32,000 bases of DNA from Planctopirus limnophila DSM 3776 (GTDB lineage Bacteria; Planctomycetota; Planctomycetia; Planctomycetales; Planctomycetaceae). The position numbers and the translations under genes were made by a program. The notes under the pieces were generated by a model. It ran no database searches. It saw nothing but the letters and a program-made list of their open reading frames with translations, and was not told the DNA's origin. Shown piece after piece: positions 8,577 through 18,713 of the stretch. Numbering within the stretch: position 1 is the stretch's first letter; each line of letters starts with the position of its first letter. Where the stretch lies: positions 3,240,001 through 3,272,000 of the forward strand of contig NC_014148.1 in NCBI RefSeq assembly GCF_000092105.1. Direction: 5' to 3'.

Positions 8577-11363
8577 TCATTGTAAATCCTGACTATTCTC
8601 ATCAACTCCCGTTTCAAAACTCTCTCGATTCTTCAGATAAAGCGCCGATCCACCGAGAATTACGATTCCCAGGACGATAAAGGCCACAATTCGATAGAAC
8701 GAATCCAGCTCGGCCAGGTCGATCATAAAGACCTTGATGGCCACGACCCCAAAGAGTCCGAGAGCCACATAACGCCACTCTTTCGCATGACGCGTAATAC
8801 CATATAGCAACATTCCCAGAGCAAAGACCGACCAGAGCATCGAGACCGCGCCATCTCGCAAACCCGGGCTGAACACGCGGCACAGTTCGTAGATTTCTGC
8901 TGTCAACCAGCCAAACAGTAACAGCAGTGCGGTGATCGAGTACAACCGCTGCAGCATCAGACGATCTTCGCCTCGCTTCCCTGCAATCACAGCACTCGCC
9001 ACCAGTGTTAATAACACCATTGCGACGTTGATCAGGCGATAAACCGCATTAACCCAGATTTGAATGTTTGAAACTTCGATCTCTGAGTCCAGCCATGCGT
9101 ACGGCAAGGTGTATTGAATTCCAATCTCGCTCATCGGATTCAGATCAACAAAGACCAGTTTTCCTAACAGGGCAATCATCATCATGAGGCTTAAGGCGAG
9201 CTGAATGGGCGATTGCCGACGATTCGAGGCCAGCAACAGGCCCAGGGTATAGCCCGCCCAGATTGCTGTGATGGCCAGATATCTCAGACGCTCATCAAAG
9301 TAGCCCAATGTTCTAACACATTCGGCATTGAGATAAATAAACAGCAAGACATAGCTGGCTACATTCAGAACACCTGCCAACTGCTGTGCAAACGATAGTG
9401 GAGCCAGGTCGTTCGCCTGACGAAGCTGCCGGAATTCACTTTCGATACCGACTGAATCCAGCGGTTGCCGCTGGAAGTAACCCACAATCCAGAGACCCGC
9501 GACAGGAATCCCGAACTGAACCAGACGTTCCAGGAACTGGAGAATCACGAGTTTCACCGGCATTGTTGACGCCAGGTTCGATGAAAATCCAAGTGGAAAA
9601 TCAAAGCCGACCAGCCGGATCATCACCAGCAGGCAGACCAGCGAACCCGACAATCGCAGGAGTTCACTGCCAATTTTCTTCCCCATCCAGGCCAGAGTGA
9701 TCGCAACGGCTGCCCAGACAACAGTAATCCACTTCTCGGAAACGGCCAGCGGAATAGCAATGACTAGAAAAATTAACGATAGAGCGGTAAACGCAATCGA
9801 CAGAGGACGATCCACCAGTTGACGCTGCAAGAGAGCAAAGGCATGCAGTGTGTAAAAGACAGACAAACCTATGGATATGACCGCCATCATCCTCTGGCCA
9901 TAAACAGGTTCAATCAGTTGGTAGACCTGAGTAAAGAAGACAGCCACATTGATGAGCAGCAGCAGGATATCCAGGGCATTGGAACGCTTTTTCCAGACAA
10001 TCTGATACATGAATGTCATACAGGAGAAAAGCGAGAACATGCCTGCCAGCAGCCATGCGGCCTGTACGATCTTTTCCGGCTGATCGACTGGCAATGAGAG
10101 AATCACAATGCCATATGTTCCCAGGATATTGATCGTATGGATCAGCGGCCAGTAGACTCGGAGCGACATCAGAAAGATGCCTGCTCCTAATATCAGCAGG
10201 TAAATATAGAGCGAAATCACATTTCCATTTCCACTAATTAGAAATGGTGTCGCGTAGCCACCCAGCGTTCCAATCACGGCAATTAACTGAGAGCGGAACC
10301 CGACTGCCAGAACGCCACTCGTGATGGTCATCGCGATCATCAATCCGAAACCCGTGGGCTCGTCGATAAGTTTGAGCAGGAACATGGCGGCATAGATACA
10401 GAAATAGAGCGTGGTGACACCGCCTCCCATGAGGGCATGCCCCAGCAGGCGGAACTTCCCGGGGAGTAACCAGATCCCGCCACCAACCAGCCCCACACCT
10501 GTGACAACCGCCATCATCAGCCGTGCGAAAGGAGAAATGAGGCCTTTCTCAATCGAATACTGCAGGAAGAACCCCACGCCCAGGATCAACACCAGAATGC
10601 CAATACGCATTAACCACTGGCTGGCGATGGCATATTCGAGCGAAACACCTTTCGGAATCTGATCTTCGCCAATAAAGATCCAGTTGCGAATTTTCTTCAG
10701 GACGTCATAGGCCTGCGTCTCGAATTCCGACATTTCGGTTGTTGCAGGAACCGCTTCAGAAACAGGCTTCACTTCTGGTTTGGCTGCAGAGGTAGCCTGG
10801 GCCTGGCTGTGACTTCGATGGAGACTCTCCAGCCGAGCTTCACGCGTGGCCTCACGCGTTTTCTCTTTCGCCGTCCAAGGCACAGCCGCTGCCACTTCCG
10901 GTTCGTCGATGAAGTCCTCCAATTCAGCAACAACGACTGGCTGGGTGACACTGAGAGGTTTCTGAATGTTCGGCGTCACTTCCGCAGGGATGGTCGATGG
11001 CGGTGAATCAGCAGTTGGAGCTGCCACCAGTGGTGACTCGCTGACCACCTGTTTAGGAACAACAGGAACGGAGGCTGCCGGTGGATCGACGTCTGCCGTT
11101 GGCTGGGGAGCGCTGGATCTGGAGATCGTTGCTTCAGGCCTGGAAGCGAGCGTCGCAATGCGATCGATCTCGCGTCCCTGAGCGTTGAGTAAGTCGCGGA
11201 GCTGTTCTGTGCGGGTGAGCAACCGGCTCATCTGTGTGAGCATTTCCTCCTTCAGCTTGGCCAGCATGCCCACCATCACAAACGGCATAATCAGCATCAT
11301 GCCCAAAAACAGAATGCCGATCAGACCGTAGAATACTTCCATGACCAGCTTCCTTTTCGCCAA
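8577..11363 (-). CDS. Large polytopic membrane protein, DUF2339-like
   Basis: 928-aa ORF. It starts with an N-terminal TM helix and a coiled coil ([34 protein letters not shown]). A P/A/V/T-rich linker of about 170 aa follows, then about 20 or more hydrophobic helices. This is the architecture I associate with DUF2339. The family call is by recall only. Confidence 0.6.
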   Translation of the reverse strand: MAKRKLVMEVFYGLIGILFLGMMLIMPFVMVGMLAKLKEEMLTQMSRLLTRTEQLRDLLNAQGREIDRIATLASRPEATISRSSAPQPTADVDPPAASVPVVPKQVVSESPLVAAPTADSPPSTIPAEVTPNIQKPLSVTQPVVVAELEDFIDEPEVAAAVPWTAKEKTREATREARLESLHRSHSQAQATSAAKPEVKPVSEAVPATTEMSEFETQAYDVLKKIRNWIFIGEDQIPKGVSLEYAIASQWLMRIGILVLILGVGFFLQYSIEKGLISPFARLMMAVVTGVGLVGGGIWLLPGKFRLLGHALMGGGVTTLYFCIYAAMFLLKLIDEPTGFGLMIAMTITSGVLAVGFRSQLIAVIGTLGGYATPFLISGNGNVISLYIYLLILGAGIFLMSLRVYWPLIHTINILGTYGIVILSLPVDQPEKIVQAAWLLAGMFSLFSCMTFMYQIVWKKRSNALDILLLLINVAVFFTQVYQLIEPVYGQRMMAVISIGLSVFYTLHAFALLQRQLVDRPLSIAFTALSLIFLVIAIPLAVSEKWITVVWAAVAITLAWMGKKIGSELLRLSGSLVCLLVMIRLVGFDFPLGFSSNLASTMPVKLVILQFLERLVQFGIPVAGLWIVGYFQRQPLDSVGIESEFRQLRQANDLAPLSFAQQLAGVLNVASYVLLFIYLNAECVRTLGYFDERLRYLAITAIWAGYTLGLLLASNRRQSPIQLALSLMMMIALLGKLVFVDLNPMSEIGIQYTLPYAWLDSEIEVSNIQIWVNAVYRLINVAMVLLTLVASAVIAGKRGEDRLMLQRLYSITALLLLFGWLTAEIYELCRVFSPGLRDGAVSMLWSVFALGMLLYGITRHAKEWRYVALGLFGVVAIKVFMIDLAELDSFYRIVAFIVLGIVILGGSALYLKNRESFETGVDENSQDLQ

Positions 11364-11786
11364 TCCCCGATGAGCGCGTCCGTTTCAGCATTGATCGAAA
11401 TGATCTCTCTCGCGAGATATGCGAGTGCTGTCGGCCCGGTCATTTTCTGAAGAGCAACCTCAAACTATGCAAAGTATGGAATACGACTGCTGCTCATGAT
11501 GACTCGAGGTCCGCTACAACCTCGAAAAGACGAAAAGAAGAGTCGGTTCTTGCTGACTCTTCCCTCTCCAACGACCCCATAGCCAAGTGACACCAGGCGA
11601 ATTCCGCACTTATCGTCGGATGCATGTATAAAAATGTCCACATCGACCTGTGGCAGATGCCTTAGATCTCCCCATTTTTCTGCCAGAATTCGATGGAAAA
11701 AGAGAGTGGCAAAAGAAGTTGTCGATCGATTACTATAAAGAATCAATGCCTGCTGATCCGTCCCGCCTGCCCGATCGGAGCCCGCC

Positions 11787-13106
11787 ATGTTCAGCCCTGC
11801 CAGCCGCCGTCGTTTCCTTCGCGACCTGGGTGTCTCTGCTGCCGCACTCCCATTTGCTTTGAATCTGCCCAGCCTCGCTCTGGCCAATTCCACAACCCGC
11901 AAACAACGGCTGGTGGTGATCTTCAGCCCTAACGGCATCGTTCCAAAAACATTCTGGCCTAAAGAGACAGGCGCCGAGTTTGAACTGCCGGAAAGCGTCG
12001 CTCCGCTGGCTCCTTTCAAAGATCGCCTGCTGTTCCTGAAGGGTGTTTCCGACCGCATTGGTGGCGACGGTGATAACCACATGCGCGGCATCGGTTGTCT
12101 CCTGACAGGGATCGAACTCTTCCCGGGCAACATTCAGGGTGGCTCGCATACACCTGCTGGTTGGGCGAGCGGAATTTCGGTCGATCAGGAGATCAAAACC
12201 TTCCTGCAATCGCGGCCCGAAACGCGTACTCGATTTGGCTCACTCGAATTTGGGGTGATGGTTCCCGAGCGGGCCGATACGTGGACTCGCATGGTCTACG
12301 CCGCCGGCAATAAACCCATCGCGCCGATTGACGATCCTTACCAGATGTTCCATAAACTTTACGGCCGCATGAAAGATCAGGCCAATCTGGGGAGCATCCT
12401 CGATGATGTGCTCGACGATCTCAAGCGGCTGGAAGCGAACGTCAGCCCGCGTGATCGTCAGTTGATCGAAGAGCACGCGTCGTTTGTGCGGGCCATGGAG
12501 CAGGAAATCGAATCTTCGAAGAACATGGAGATGGGTCATGCCATCCCTGTTCTTGAGCCGGGCCTGCGTCATGAAAATGACCAGATGCCACAACTCACAA
12601 AGCAGCAGACCGATCTGCTGGTGCATAGTTTCGCGGCTGATTTCAATCGCATTGCCACATTCCAGTTCACCAACTCAGTCGGTGGAGCCAAGATGCGATG
12701 GGCCGGTGTGGAAGAAGGTCATCACGAGCTTTCCCACGAGCCTGACAGCAACGAATCAGCTCAGGAAAAGCTGACGAAGATCAACAAGTGGTACTGCGAG
12801 CAGATTGCTTACCTGTGCCAGCAACTGGCCAACACACCGGAAGCTGACGGCAGCGGGAGCCTGCTCGATAATACGCTCGTCGTCTGGACAAACGAACTGG
12901 GCCAGGGGAACAGTCACACGCTGGATAACATTCCCTTTGTGATGATCGGCAACGCCCCCGGCTTCAAGATGGGCCAGTCGCTCAAGTTCGACCGCGTGCC
13001 GCACAACCGGCTGCTGCTCTCGATCGCCCACGCCTTCGGCCACCACCTCGACCGCTTCGGCAACCCCGACTACTGCAAAGACGGGCCATTGACGGGCATT
13101 GCATAG
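11787..13106 (+). CDS. DUF1552 (HxxSHH family) Tat-signal protein
   Basis: Tat signal ([28 protein letters not shown]), the GHHELSHEP motif, and the typical tail [23 protein letters not shown] lies 7 nt upstream of the ATG. Confidence 0.85.
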   Translation: MFSPASRRRFLRDLGVSAAALPFALNLPSLALANSTTRKQRLVVIFSPNGIVPKTFWPKETGAEFELPESVAPLAPFKDRLLFLKGVSDRIGGDGDNHMRGIGCLLTGIELFPGNIQGGSHTPAGWASGISVDQEIKTFLQSRPETRTRFGSLEFGVMVPERADTWTRMVYAAGNKPIAPIDDPYQMFHKLYGRMKDQANLGSILDDVLDDLKRLEANVSPRDRQLIEEHASFVRAMEQEIESSKNMEMGHAIPVLEPGLRHENDQMPQLTKQQTDLLVHSFAADFNRIATFQFTNSVGGAKMRWAGVEEGHHELSHEPDSNESAQEKLTKINKWYCEQIAYLCQQLANTPEADGSGSLLDNTLVVWTNELGQGNSHTLDNIPFVMIGNAPGFKMGQSLKFDRVPHNRLLLSIAHAFGHHLDRFGNPDYCKDGPLTGIA

Positions 13107-13193
13107 AGTCTGCCGCCCGCTCTTCAGGTAGGGTGCATGAAGTCCTCGAAATGCACCAGTCTTGGTTCAACTACCTCGCAAGCTGCATGAATT

Positions 13194-13236
13194 AAAAAAG
13201 GACTGGCTGATCAATGATCAGTCAGTCCTTTTTTTC
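13194..13236. terminator. Bidirectional intrinsic terminator between the convergent DUF1552 gene and rtcB
   Basis: The sequence is aaaaaaggactggctgatca-a-tgatcagtcagtccttttttt. It forms a 15-bp stem with one G-U pair, flanked by A6 on one side and T7 on the other. Confidence 0.85.
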
Positions 13237-13305
13237 GTCTCAACACAGCAGTAGAACTTGAGTAGACAAACAGCATTACCCCCTCTCAGGTTCAATCGAT
13301 GCCCA

Positions 13306-14850
13306 TCACCCCTTGACCGTCATCAGCGGTATCACTTCTGCCACGGGCCTGGCGATACCGGCGGCGGTGAGGGTTTCCACGACGGGAGCAATCCCTTTGA
13401 AGGCGAAGGGGGCTTCTTGTTTGATGTCGGCGAGCTTGGCTTCGAGGATATCGCGGCGCTGGCGGATTTCGGGGCGCCGCAGGTCGACCGGTGTGACAAT
13501 GCGGAACGCCTTCAGAAAGGCTTCGAACTCGGCATGATGCCCCTTCATCGCGTCGCCGCGTGAGAGCGTGCGGCCTGCGCCATGGCTGGCACTGGACAGC
13601 GAGGCGGCATTCCCCTGCCCTACGAGGATGAAGCTGTTCGCCCCCATCGATCCCGGCACCAGCACTGGTTCCCCCTGATACGCGAACGGCGTCCCCTCCA
13701 TCGCCTCGAACCCTCGCGCCGGACAAGCCCCTTTGCGGTGCAGCACGACCTCGGCTCCGTCGCGCTCCTCCTTCCAGACCAGATTGTGCGGGGCGTCGTA
13801 GAGGAGCGGGAAATCGGCTTTGCCCACCACTTGGCGCAGGCAATCGAGCGCCATGATCGCCAGGAACATGCGGTTGGCGAAGGCGAAGTTGGCGGCGTTA
13901 TTGAGCGTGTCCCAGAAGAGTTCGGCTGTTTCGCGGTGAGCCTCGCCGGTCGGCAGGATGAAGATGCCGTTGTCGGGATGCTTGAGCCCGGCGGGATGGA
14001 TCGCCCGCACCTTGTCGCGATAGTAGCCGCCGCAGAAGTGGCCGATGGAGACCGATCCGGTGTGGACCATGACCGTGACCATCCCCGGTTTCAGACCCCA
14101 GGCGTGGGCGACGGCCTTGTCGTGGATCTTGTCGATCCGCTGGATTTCCACAAAGTGGTTCCCGCCTCCAATGCTGCCAATCTGCCCATCCCGGCTGACC
14201 CGGTCGTCCGGCCCGAGGAAATCGTTCAAGCCAAGAGTCCGGTTCGACTTCAAGCTGCCACGCTGGTCGACGCGATCGAGTTCGCGACCAATGTCGAGAT
14301 CATGGAACAGCCCCCAGAGTCCCTCAGTTTGCGACTTTGGCACTGACTCCAGCAGGCCGCTCAGGCCGTTTTTGAACAACGCTTCCCGCTGTCCACGCGA
14401 CATGGGAATGTTGCGGCCCCCTTCGAAGTAAATGCGGCGACAGGCCGTCTCCAGTTCATCCAGTTTGCCGGTGACTTGCTCTGCCCGGAGGGATGTGACA
14501 TGCAGCCGCATGCCACAATTGATGTCATTCCCGATGGCCTGCGGGACGACGAATCCCCTGGTCTGCAGCACCGTGCCGACGGGGATCCCTTTGGCCTTGT
14601 GGAAGTCGGGAGTTATGGCCACCTGCGTGATGCCCGGAGGTTCATCGAAGCTTCCCGGCGAAGCCTCCGCGACACGTTCGACAGTCTGCTGCAGACCGAG
14701 AAACTCGATCAACTCCGTGACCGCAGCCCCTTCGACCGGCACCTGCTCGTTGGCAAACAACACCGCATCGACGCCACGAGCGTTGTTCACACGCAAACGC
14801 GTGGCATCCAGACGTGTCAAACGAGGATCAATGGTCAAGATGGCGCCCAC
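13306..14850 (-). CDS. rtcB: RtcB-family RNA 3'-phosphate/2',3'-cyclic phosphate ligase
   Basis: RtcB signature motifs are all present: PDFHKAKGIPVGT, GNDINCGM, GGGNHFVEIQ, HTGSVSIGH, LVPGSMG, SASHGAGR (the nucleotidyl-His), EAPFAFKGI, and the C-terminal MTVKG. The start is a GTG with no obvious Shine-Dalgarno sequence, so the exact start is uncertain. Confidence 0.92.
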   Translation of the reverse strand: MGAILTIDPRLTRLDATRLRVNNARGVDAVLFANEQVPVEGAAVTELIEFLGLQQTVERVAEASPGSFDEPPGITQVAITPDFHKAKGIPVGTVLQTRGFVVPQAIGNDINCGMRLHVTSLRAEQVTGKLDELETACRRIYFEGGRNIPMSRGQREALFKNGLSGLLESVPKSQTEGLWGLFHDLDIGRELDRVDQRGSLKSNRTLGLNDFLGPDDRVSRDGQIGSIGGGNHFVEIQRIDKIHDKAVAHAWGLKPGMVTVMVHTGSVSIGHFCGGYYRDKVRAIHPAGLKHPDNGIFILPTGEAHRETAELFWDTLNNAANFAFANRMFLAIMALDCLRQVVGKADFPLLYDAPHNLVWKEERDGAEVVLHRKGACPARGFEAMEGTPFAYQGEPVLVPGSMGANSFILVGQGNAASLSSASHGAGRTLSRGDAMKGHHAEFEAFLKAFRIVTPVDLRRPEIRQRRDILEAKLADIKQEAPFAFKGIAPVVETLTAAGIARPVAEVIPLMTVKG

Positions 14851-15087
14851 ATCATTGGGAATTACATCAACAAGCGACTCCTAGACAAGACTGGAAGAAA
14901 AAGGTTCACCCAGCGTGTTATTTGAACAAAATGGCTTGAATCAGTGATACGCCATTGATTGCCTTGAGGTGAACGAACGGGCTGTACTCTATTCGTTCGA
15001 GATAACGTGTAAGCCGACAATGTTGTTAACACTTGTCAGCATGTCACCCGAAATCAGCAATCTGGTTGAATCCAGTGAATGCTAATC

Positions 15088-15732
15088 TCAAGGAGATCGT
15101 GTGCCCAAGATGTGGGAAAGTTTCGAGAGACCCAATTGGTCAATCCACCACTTTGGCTGATTGATGGTCTTCCTGTCTGCGAAGAGTTCACATAAATGGT
15201 TCACTTCGTGAAACGCGCCGTCCATGTCGCCGAGTATATAGAGAACTTGCGCGTTCTCCTGTTTGGGGCGAAAACGGTCGAACCACCGATGCGTTCGATA
15301 GGCCGCGACGCCATCAAGTGATGCAAATTCGAAGGCCAGTTGCTCCATTGCTGCTTTCAATTGCCTTTCTACGAGTTCAACATCGAGATCAGCTTGCACT
15401 GACCATTGTTTCGGCAAGTTATCAATGAGGCATTCGAGCCGATCCCGTGTACCACGAAAATCGCATTCGTATTCATTCGGTTTTTCAAGGATCTCAAGAT
15501 TGGCCAGCTGGCAAATCTCATCAAACGCGACACCGACATTGACATAGAATATCTTCTCGTCGTGTGACGAGCTTTGGCTGAGCTGAAGATTGACGACCTG
15601 AATGACCTTTTCATGCCGACGATGAAAGTTCATCGCGGACTTGCGGAAACCGAGAGGCTTCAGGACGGATGTCACCGCTCGTTTTACTATTTCGTCGAAG
15701 AGGACATCCGCCGGGGACTTGCCAGGTGACAT
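15088..15732 (-). CDS. DUF4304-like hypothetical protein
   Basis: The N-terminal pattern FDEIVKRAVTSVLKPLGFRKSAMNFHRRHEKVIQVVNLQLSQSS...IFYVNVGV matches my recollection of DUF4304. The gene lies in the AT-rich islet. Confidence 0.6.
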   Translation of the reverse strand: MSPGKSPADVLFDEIVKRAVTSVLKPLGFRKSAMNFHRRHEKVIQVVNLQLSQSSSHDEKIFYVNVGVAFDEICQLANLEILEKPNEYECDFRGTRDRLECLIDNLPKQWSVQADLDVELVERQLKAAMEQLAFEFASLDGVAAYRTHRWFDRFRPKQENAQVLYILGDMDGAFHEVNHLCELFADRKTINQPKWWIDQLGLSKLSHILGTRSP

Positions 15733-15916
15733 ATGTGTCGAAGAACTTTCCTGCTACGATAATTGTGAAACAAATAACGAATTAGCCAATCATTTGAGCT
15801 ATCGAATTATAAACTATGCCGGTGCATTTCGAGGACTTCATGTACACATACCTGAGTATGTGGCAGAATCCAATCACTTCAATGTTGTATGGCCATGTTT
15901 CACCAATCAGAAAGTC

Positions 15917-16378
15917 ATGCGAATGAGCATCGAACATATCCGGGCCGCAATTGACGCTCAAGGAAGATGTCACACACTCGAATTTCGGCCCCGGACGCTA
16001 TTAGAAGGCACCCTCTTTTCTGAAATCGATCGTTTTGTTGAATCCATAAACGATAACGAACCAGAATGGATAAAATTTCAAGGATTAGGGGAGAGGTGGG
16101 ATGAAATCAACGAAGCCACAGCTGGCACCATCATTTGCAGAATCCTCGAATTCGACCTTGCATACAGTAGCTATCGAGAGATGGATGAAGCTGAAGCGAT
16201 GGCAATTCGTGACTTGTTCCTTGCAATGTTTGATGACAAGGTGCGTTTTTTCACTAATGGAACATTCACCAATTACGGATGGAGTGGTAACTCCGTAGCG
16301 GGCGCGACATTCGAGACTGGAGTAATCGCAGTGGATTCGCAAAACATCGGAATGCTTTGGTGCCACGATGAGGACTAG
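15917..16378 (+). CDS. Small acidic hypothetical protein (153 aa), no family recognised
   Basis: This is the 3' part of ORF 15641..16378, using the ATG at 15917 (MRMSIEHIRAAID...). The upstream 92 codons overlap the divergent DUF4304-like gene and an AT-rich promoter region. The protein ends in GMLWCHDED. The start is uncertain (15923 is also possible). Confidence 0.55.
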   Translation: MRMSIEHIRAAIDAQGRCHTLEFRPRTLLEGTLFSEIDRFVESINDNEPEWIKFQGLGERWDEINEATAGTIICRILEFDLAYSSYREMDEAEAMAIRDLFLAMFDDKVRFFTNGTFTNYGWSGNSVAGATFETGVIAVDSQNIGMLWCHDED

Positions 16379-16493
16379 GTGGCGGGCGACATCTCTACCC
16401 CGTACCTGTGATTTAGACTTCACACTCTGCTGAAGTAGCACCGTTAAACGAGACACCTTCACTCCGTCGTTACTTTGGCGCCCAAATAAGAAC

Positions 16494-16528
16494 ACCCGGC
16501 GTTCTGCGAAACGCCGGGTTATTCTTTT
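16494..16528. terminator. Intrinsic terminator between the convergent small gene and proS
   Basis: The sequence is acccggcgtt-ctgcga-aacgccgggt (10-bp stem) followed by tattctttt on the plus strand. The T-rich stretch gttcttattt follows it on the minus strand. Confidence 0.7.
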
Positions 16529-16551
16529 CATGCATTGACAAACAAAATCGA

Positions 16552-18333
16552 TTACTCCGGCACGTGGGCGGCTTCTTCTTTTCGGCGGGTGGCGAGTTGG
16601 TCGAGAATCGCTTGGGCGGCGCCGGTGACGGGGATTTTTGTGGCTTCTGGAAGGTGGCGCCATTTGAGTTCGACCTGGCCTTCCTTTAATCCCTTTCCAC
16701 CAATGACGACGCGGAGCGGAATGCCGATCAGGTCGGCATCTTTGAACTTGACGCCCGGCCTTTGATCGCGGTCGTCGATCAGCAGATCGACACCAGCGGC
16801 TGTCAGTTCTTTTTCCAACTGATTCACGACTTCATCGACCTCGGGATCGTTCACGCCAATCGTCGAAATGACGACGGAGTACGGAGCAATGGACAATGGT
16901 AAGACGAGGCCATTGTCATCAAATTTGGTTTCAGCCATCGAAGCGAGAATCCGGTTCACACCGATGCCGTAGCAACCCATGATGAGTGGCTGCCGGGTGG
17001 CGGCTTCGTCGTCGTAGGTGGCATTGAGCGAAACGCTGTATTTCGTCCCGAGTTTGAAGACGTGGCCCACTTCGATCCCGTGGACGAGTTCGAGAGTCCC
17101 TTCACCACGCGGGCTGGGATCACCGGCAGCCGCATTGCGCAGGTCGAAAGTTTCATACTCACCTTCAGCCGTCCTGGGGAGATCGAAATCTCGCCCCAAT
17201 ACGACGTTGGCGAGGTGATAATCTTCGGCATTCGCACCGACGACAGCGGGAACGACCTGAGGGATATCATGGTCGGCCACAAAGCGGCACTTCAAACCGA
17301 CAGGCCCGGCAAAGCCAATGGGAGCACTGGAAACCTTGAAAACCGTCGCGGCATCGGCCATTTCCAGAGTTTTGGCGCCCAGAGCGCGGCGAATTTTTCC
17401 TTCGTTCGCTTCGTTATCGCCTCGCAAAAGGACGGCCACAGGCTCACCATCGGCCAGAAAGATCAAGGTCTTGATCAGTTGTGTCGGCTGGCAGTTCAGC
17501 AGGCGGCACAGGGCATCGATACTCCCCACGTTGGGAGTATGCAGTTTTTCCGATGCGGGAAGAGCCGTATCAACTGGTTTGACCTGGCTGCGGACACGAC
17601 CTGTCTCGGCACGCTCCAGATTGGCGGCGTAGCGTGTCTTGCGGCAGAAGACGATCTGGTCTTCGCCATTGGCAGCGGGGGCCATGAACTCGTGAGAGGC
17701 ATCGCCACCAATGGGCCCACTTTCGGCCTCGACGGGAAGATATTCCAGACCGCAGCGGGCGAAGATGCGGCAGTAGGCGCGATAAATCTTCTGATAAGTC
17801 TCCGACAGCGATTCGACCGAAGAGTGGAAGCTGTACGCATCCTTCATGATGAATTCGCTGGTGCGCAAGACTCCAAAGCGAGGCCGTTCTTCGTTCCGGA
17901 ATTTGGTTTGAATCTGGTAAACCGTCATGGGTAACTGGCGGTAGCTGCTGATGTGACGCGACATGAGATCAGTCACAACTTCTTCGTGAGTCGGCCCCAG
18001 TGCCAGATGGACCTGATGATTCTGCCGGCGGATGTTGAAGTTGATAAGGACGTTGCCAAAGGCCTCTTTGCGGCCTGTCCGTTCGAAGAGATCGATGGGC
18101 TGGAGGGCGGGCATCAACATTTCGAGCGCGCCGGTGGCGTCCATCTCTTCGCGGATGATGGCTTCAATTTTGCGGATCGAACGCCAGCCCAGCGGCAAAT
18201 AGGTGTAAGCACCGGCCATCAATTGACGCACATAGCCGGCACGCAGCATGAGCTGGTGGCTGGGAATTTCGGCATCAGAAGGATTTTCTTTGAGCGTGGG
18301 AATGAAAGACTGTGACCAGCGCACGAGTAACAT
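16552..18333 (-). CDS. proS: Proline--tRNA ligase (bacterial type with INS editing domain)
   Basis: [45 protein letters not shown] and [32 protein letters not shown] are collinear with E. coli ProS. The 593-aa length fits the INS-containing type. Confidence 0.95.
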   Translation of the reverse strand: MLLVRWSQSFIPTLKENPSDAEIPSHQLMLRAGYVRQLMAGAYTYLPLGWRSIRKIEAIIREEMDATGALEMLMPALQPIDLFERTGRKEAFGNVLINFNIRRQNHQVHLALGPTHEEVVTDLMSRHISSYRQLPMTVYQIQTKFRNEERPRFGVLRTSEFIMKDAYSFHSSVESLSETYQKIYRAYCRIFARCGLEYLPVEAESGPIGGDASHEFMAPAANGEDQIVFCRKTRYAANLERAETGRVRSQVKPVDTALPASEKLHTPNVGSIDALCRLLNCQPTQLIKTLIFLADGEPVAVLLRGDNEANEGKIRRALGAKTLEMADAATVFKVSSAPIGFAGPVGLKCRFVADHDIPQVVPAVVGANAEDYHLANVVLGRDFDLPRTAEGEYETFDLRNAAAGDPSPRGEGTLELVHGIEVGHVFKLGTKYSVSLNATYDDEAATRQPLIMGCYGIGVNRILASMAETKFDDNGLVLPLSIAPYSVVISTIGVNDPEVDEVVNQLEKELTAAGVDLLIDDRDQRPGVKFKDADLIGIPLRVVIGGKGLKEGQVELKWRHLPEATKIPVTGAAQAILDQLATRRKEEAAHVPE

Positions 18334-18508
18334 CCTTGAAATATGGCAGATAGCAACCGGGCTTAACGTGAATGGCGAGCAGGGATTGTAAAGAAGAGAC
18401 GATGCTCTTGAAAGCGAGGTTCGTTCGCAGGCATCAGCAGCGCTGGCTCCTGTCGGGAGTTTGGCTTGCGTTTTTTCACGACACTCTTCGCTCTGAGTTT
18501 CGAGTTAA

Positions 18509-18564
18509 GGAATTGACCAGAAACGCCGGAATTGACCGATTCCCCTGTTTCCGGGATGATTCCC
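18509..18564. repeat. Phased direct repeats in the proS/proA divergent intergenic region
   Basis: The 10-mer ggaattgacc occurs at 18509 and 18528 (19 nt apart). The 7-mer gattccc occurs at 18538 and 18558 (20 nt apart). Both were read directly from the sequence. Confidence 0.6.
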
Positions 18565-18713
18565 ATTGAACTTTGAGCGAACTTGAACCTGCCACCCTGA
18601 TTTCGCGTCTGGCCTGAATTCTCGATTCATCAGGCAATGAACAGGTTCTGGGCAGGAATTCCAAGACCACCTCGATTGTTGAACTCCGGTATTCGTTTGG
18701 GAAATTTGTCGCG

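Noticed and set aside
13292-14925. A stack of long alternative-frame and antisense ORFs across rtcB (13292..13843 -, 13582..14346 +, 14045..14431 +, 14432..14884 +, 14476..14925 +)
   Set aside because: Their translations are Arg/Pro/Gly/Ser-rich with no recognisable motifs. The rtcB frame carries every catalytic motif. Long stop-free frames are expected in GC-rich coding DNA.
15641-15916. The 5' extension of ORF 15641..16378, which would give a 245-aa protein
   Set aside because: It overlaps the N-terminal coding region of the divergent DUF4304-like gene in antisense and runs through the AT-rich promoter spacer. The downstream ATG at 15917 gives a self-contained 153-aa protein.
17062-17934. 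A 290-aa antisense ORF inside proS. Similar cases include 763..1431 inside the DUF1592-class gene and 20621..21154 inside fliM.
   Set aside because: The opposite strand encodes unmistakable conserved proteins. The antisense translations are low-complexity, and there are no ribosome-binding sites.
18334-18713. A T-box or other known riboswitch upstream of proS, and likewise upstream of pheS (23205-23316)
   Set aside because: I found no T-box consensus (AAUUAGGGUGGUACCGCG-like) or specifier-loop architecture by eye. An Rfam scan would be needed to exclude divergent elements.
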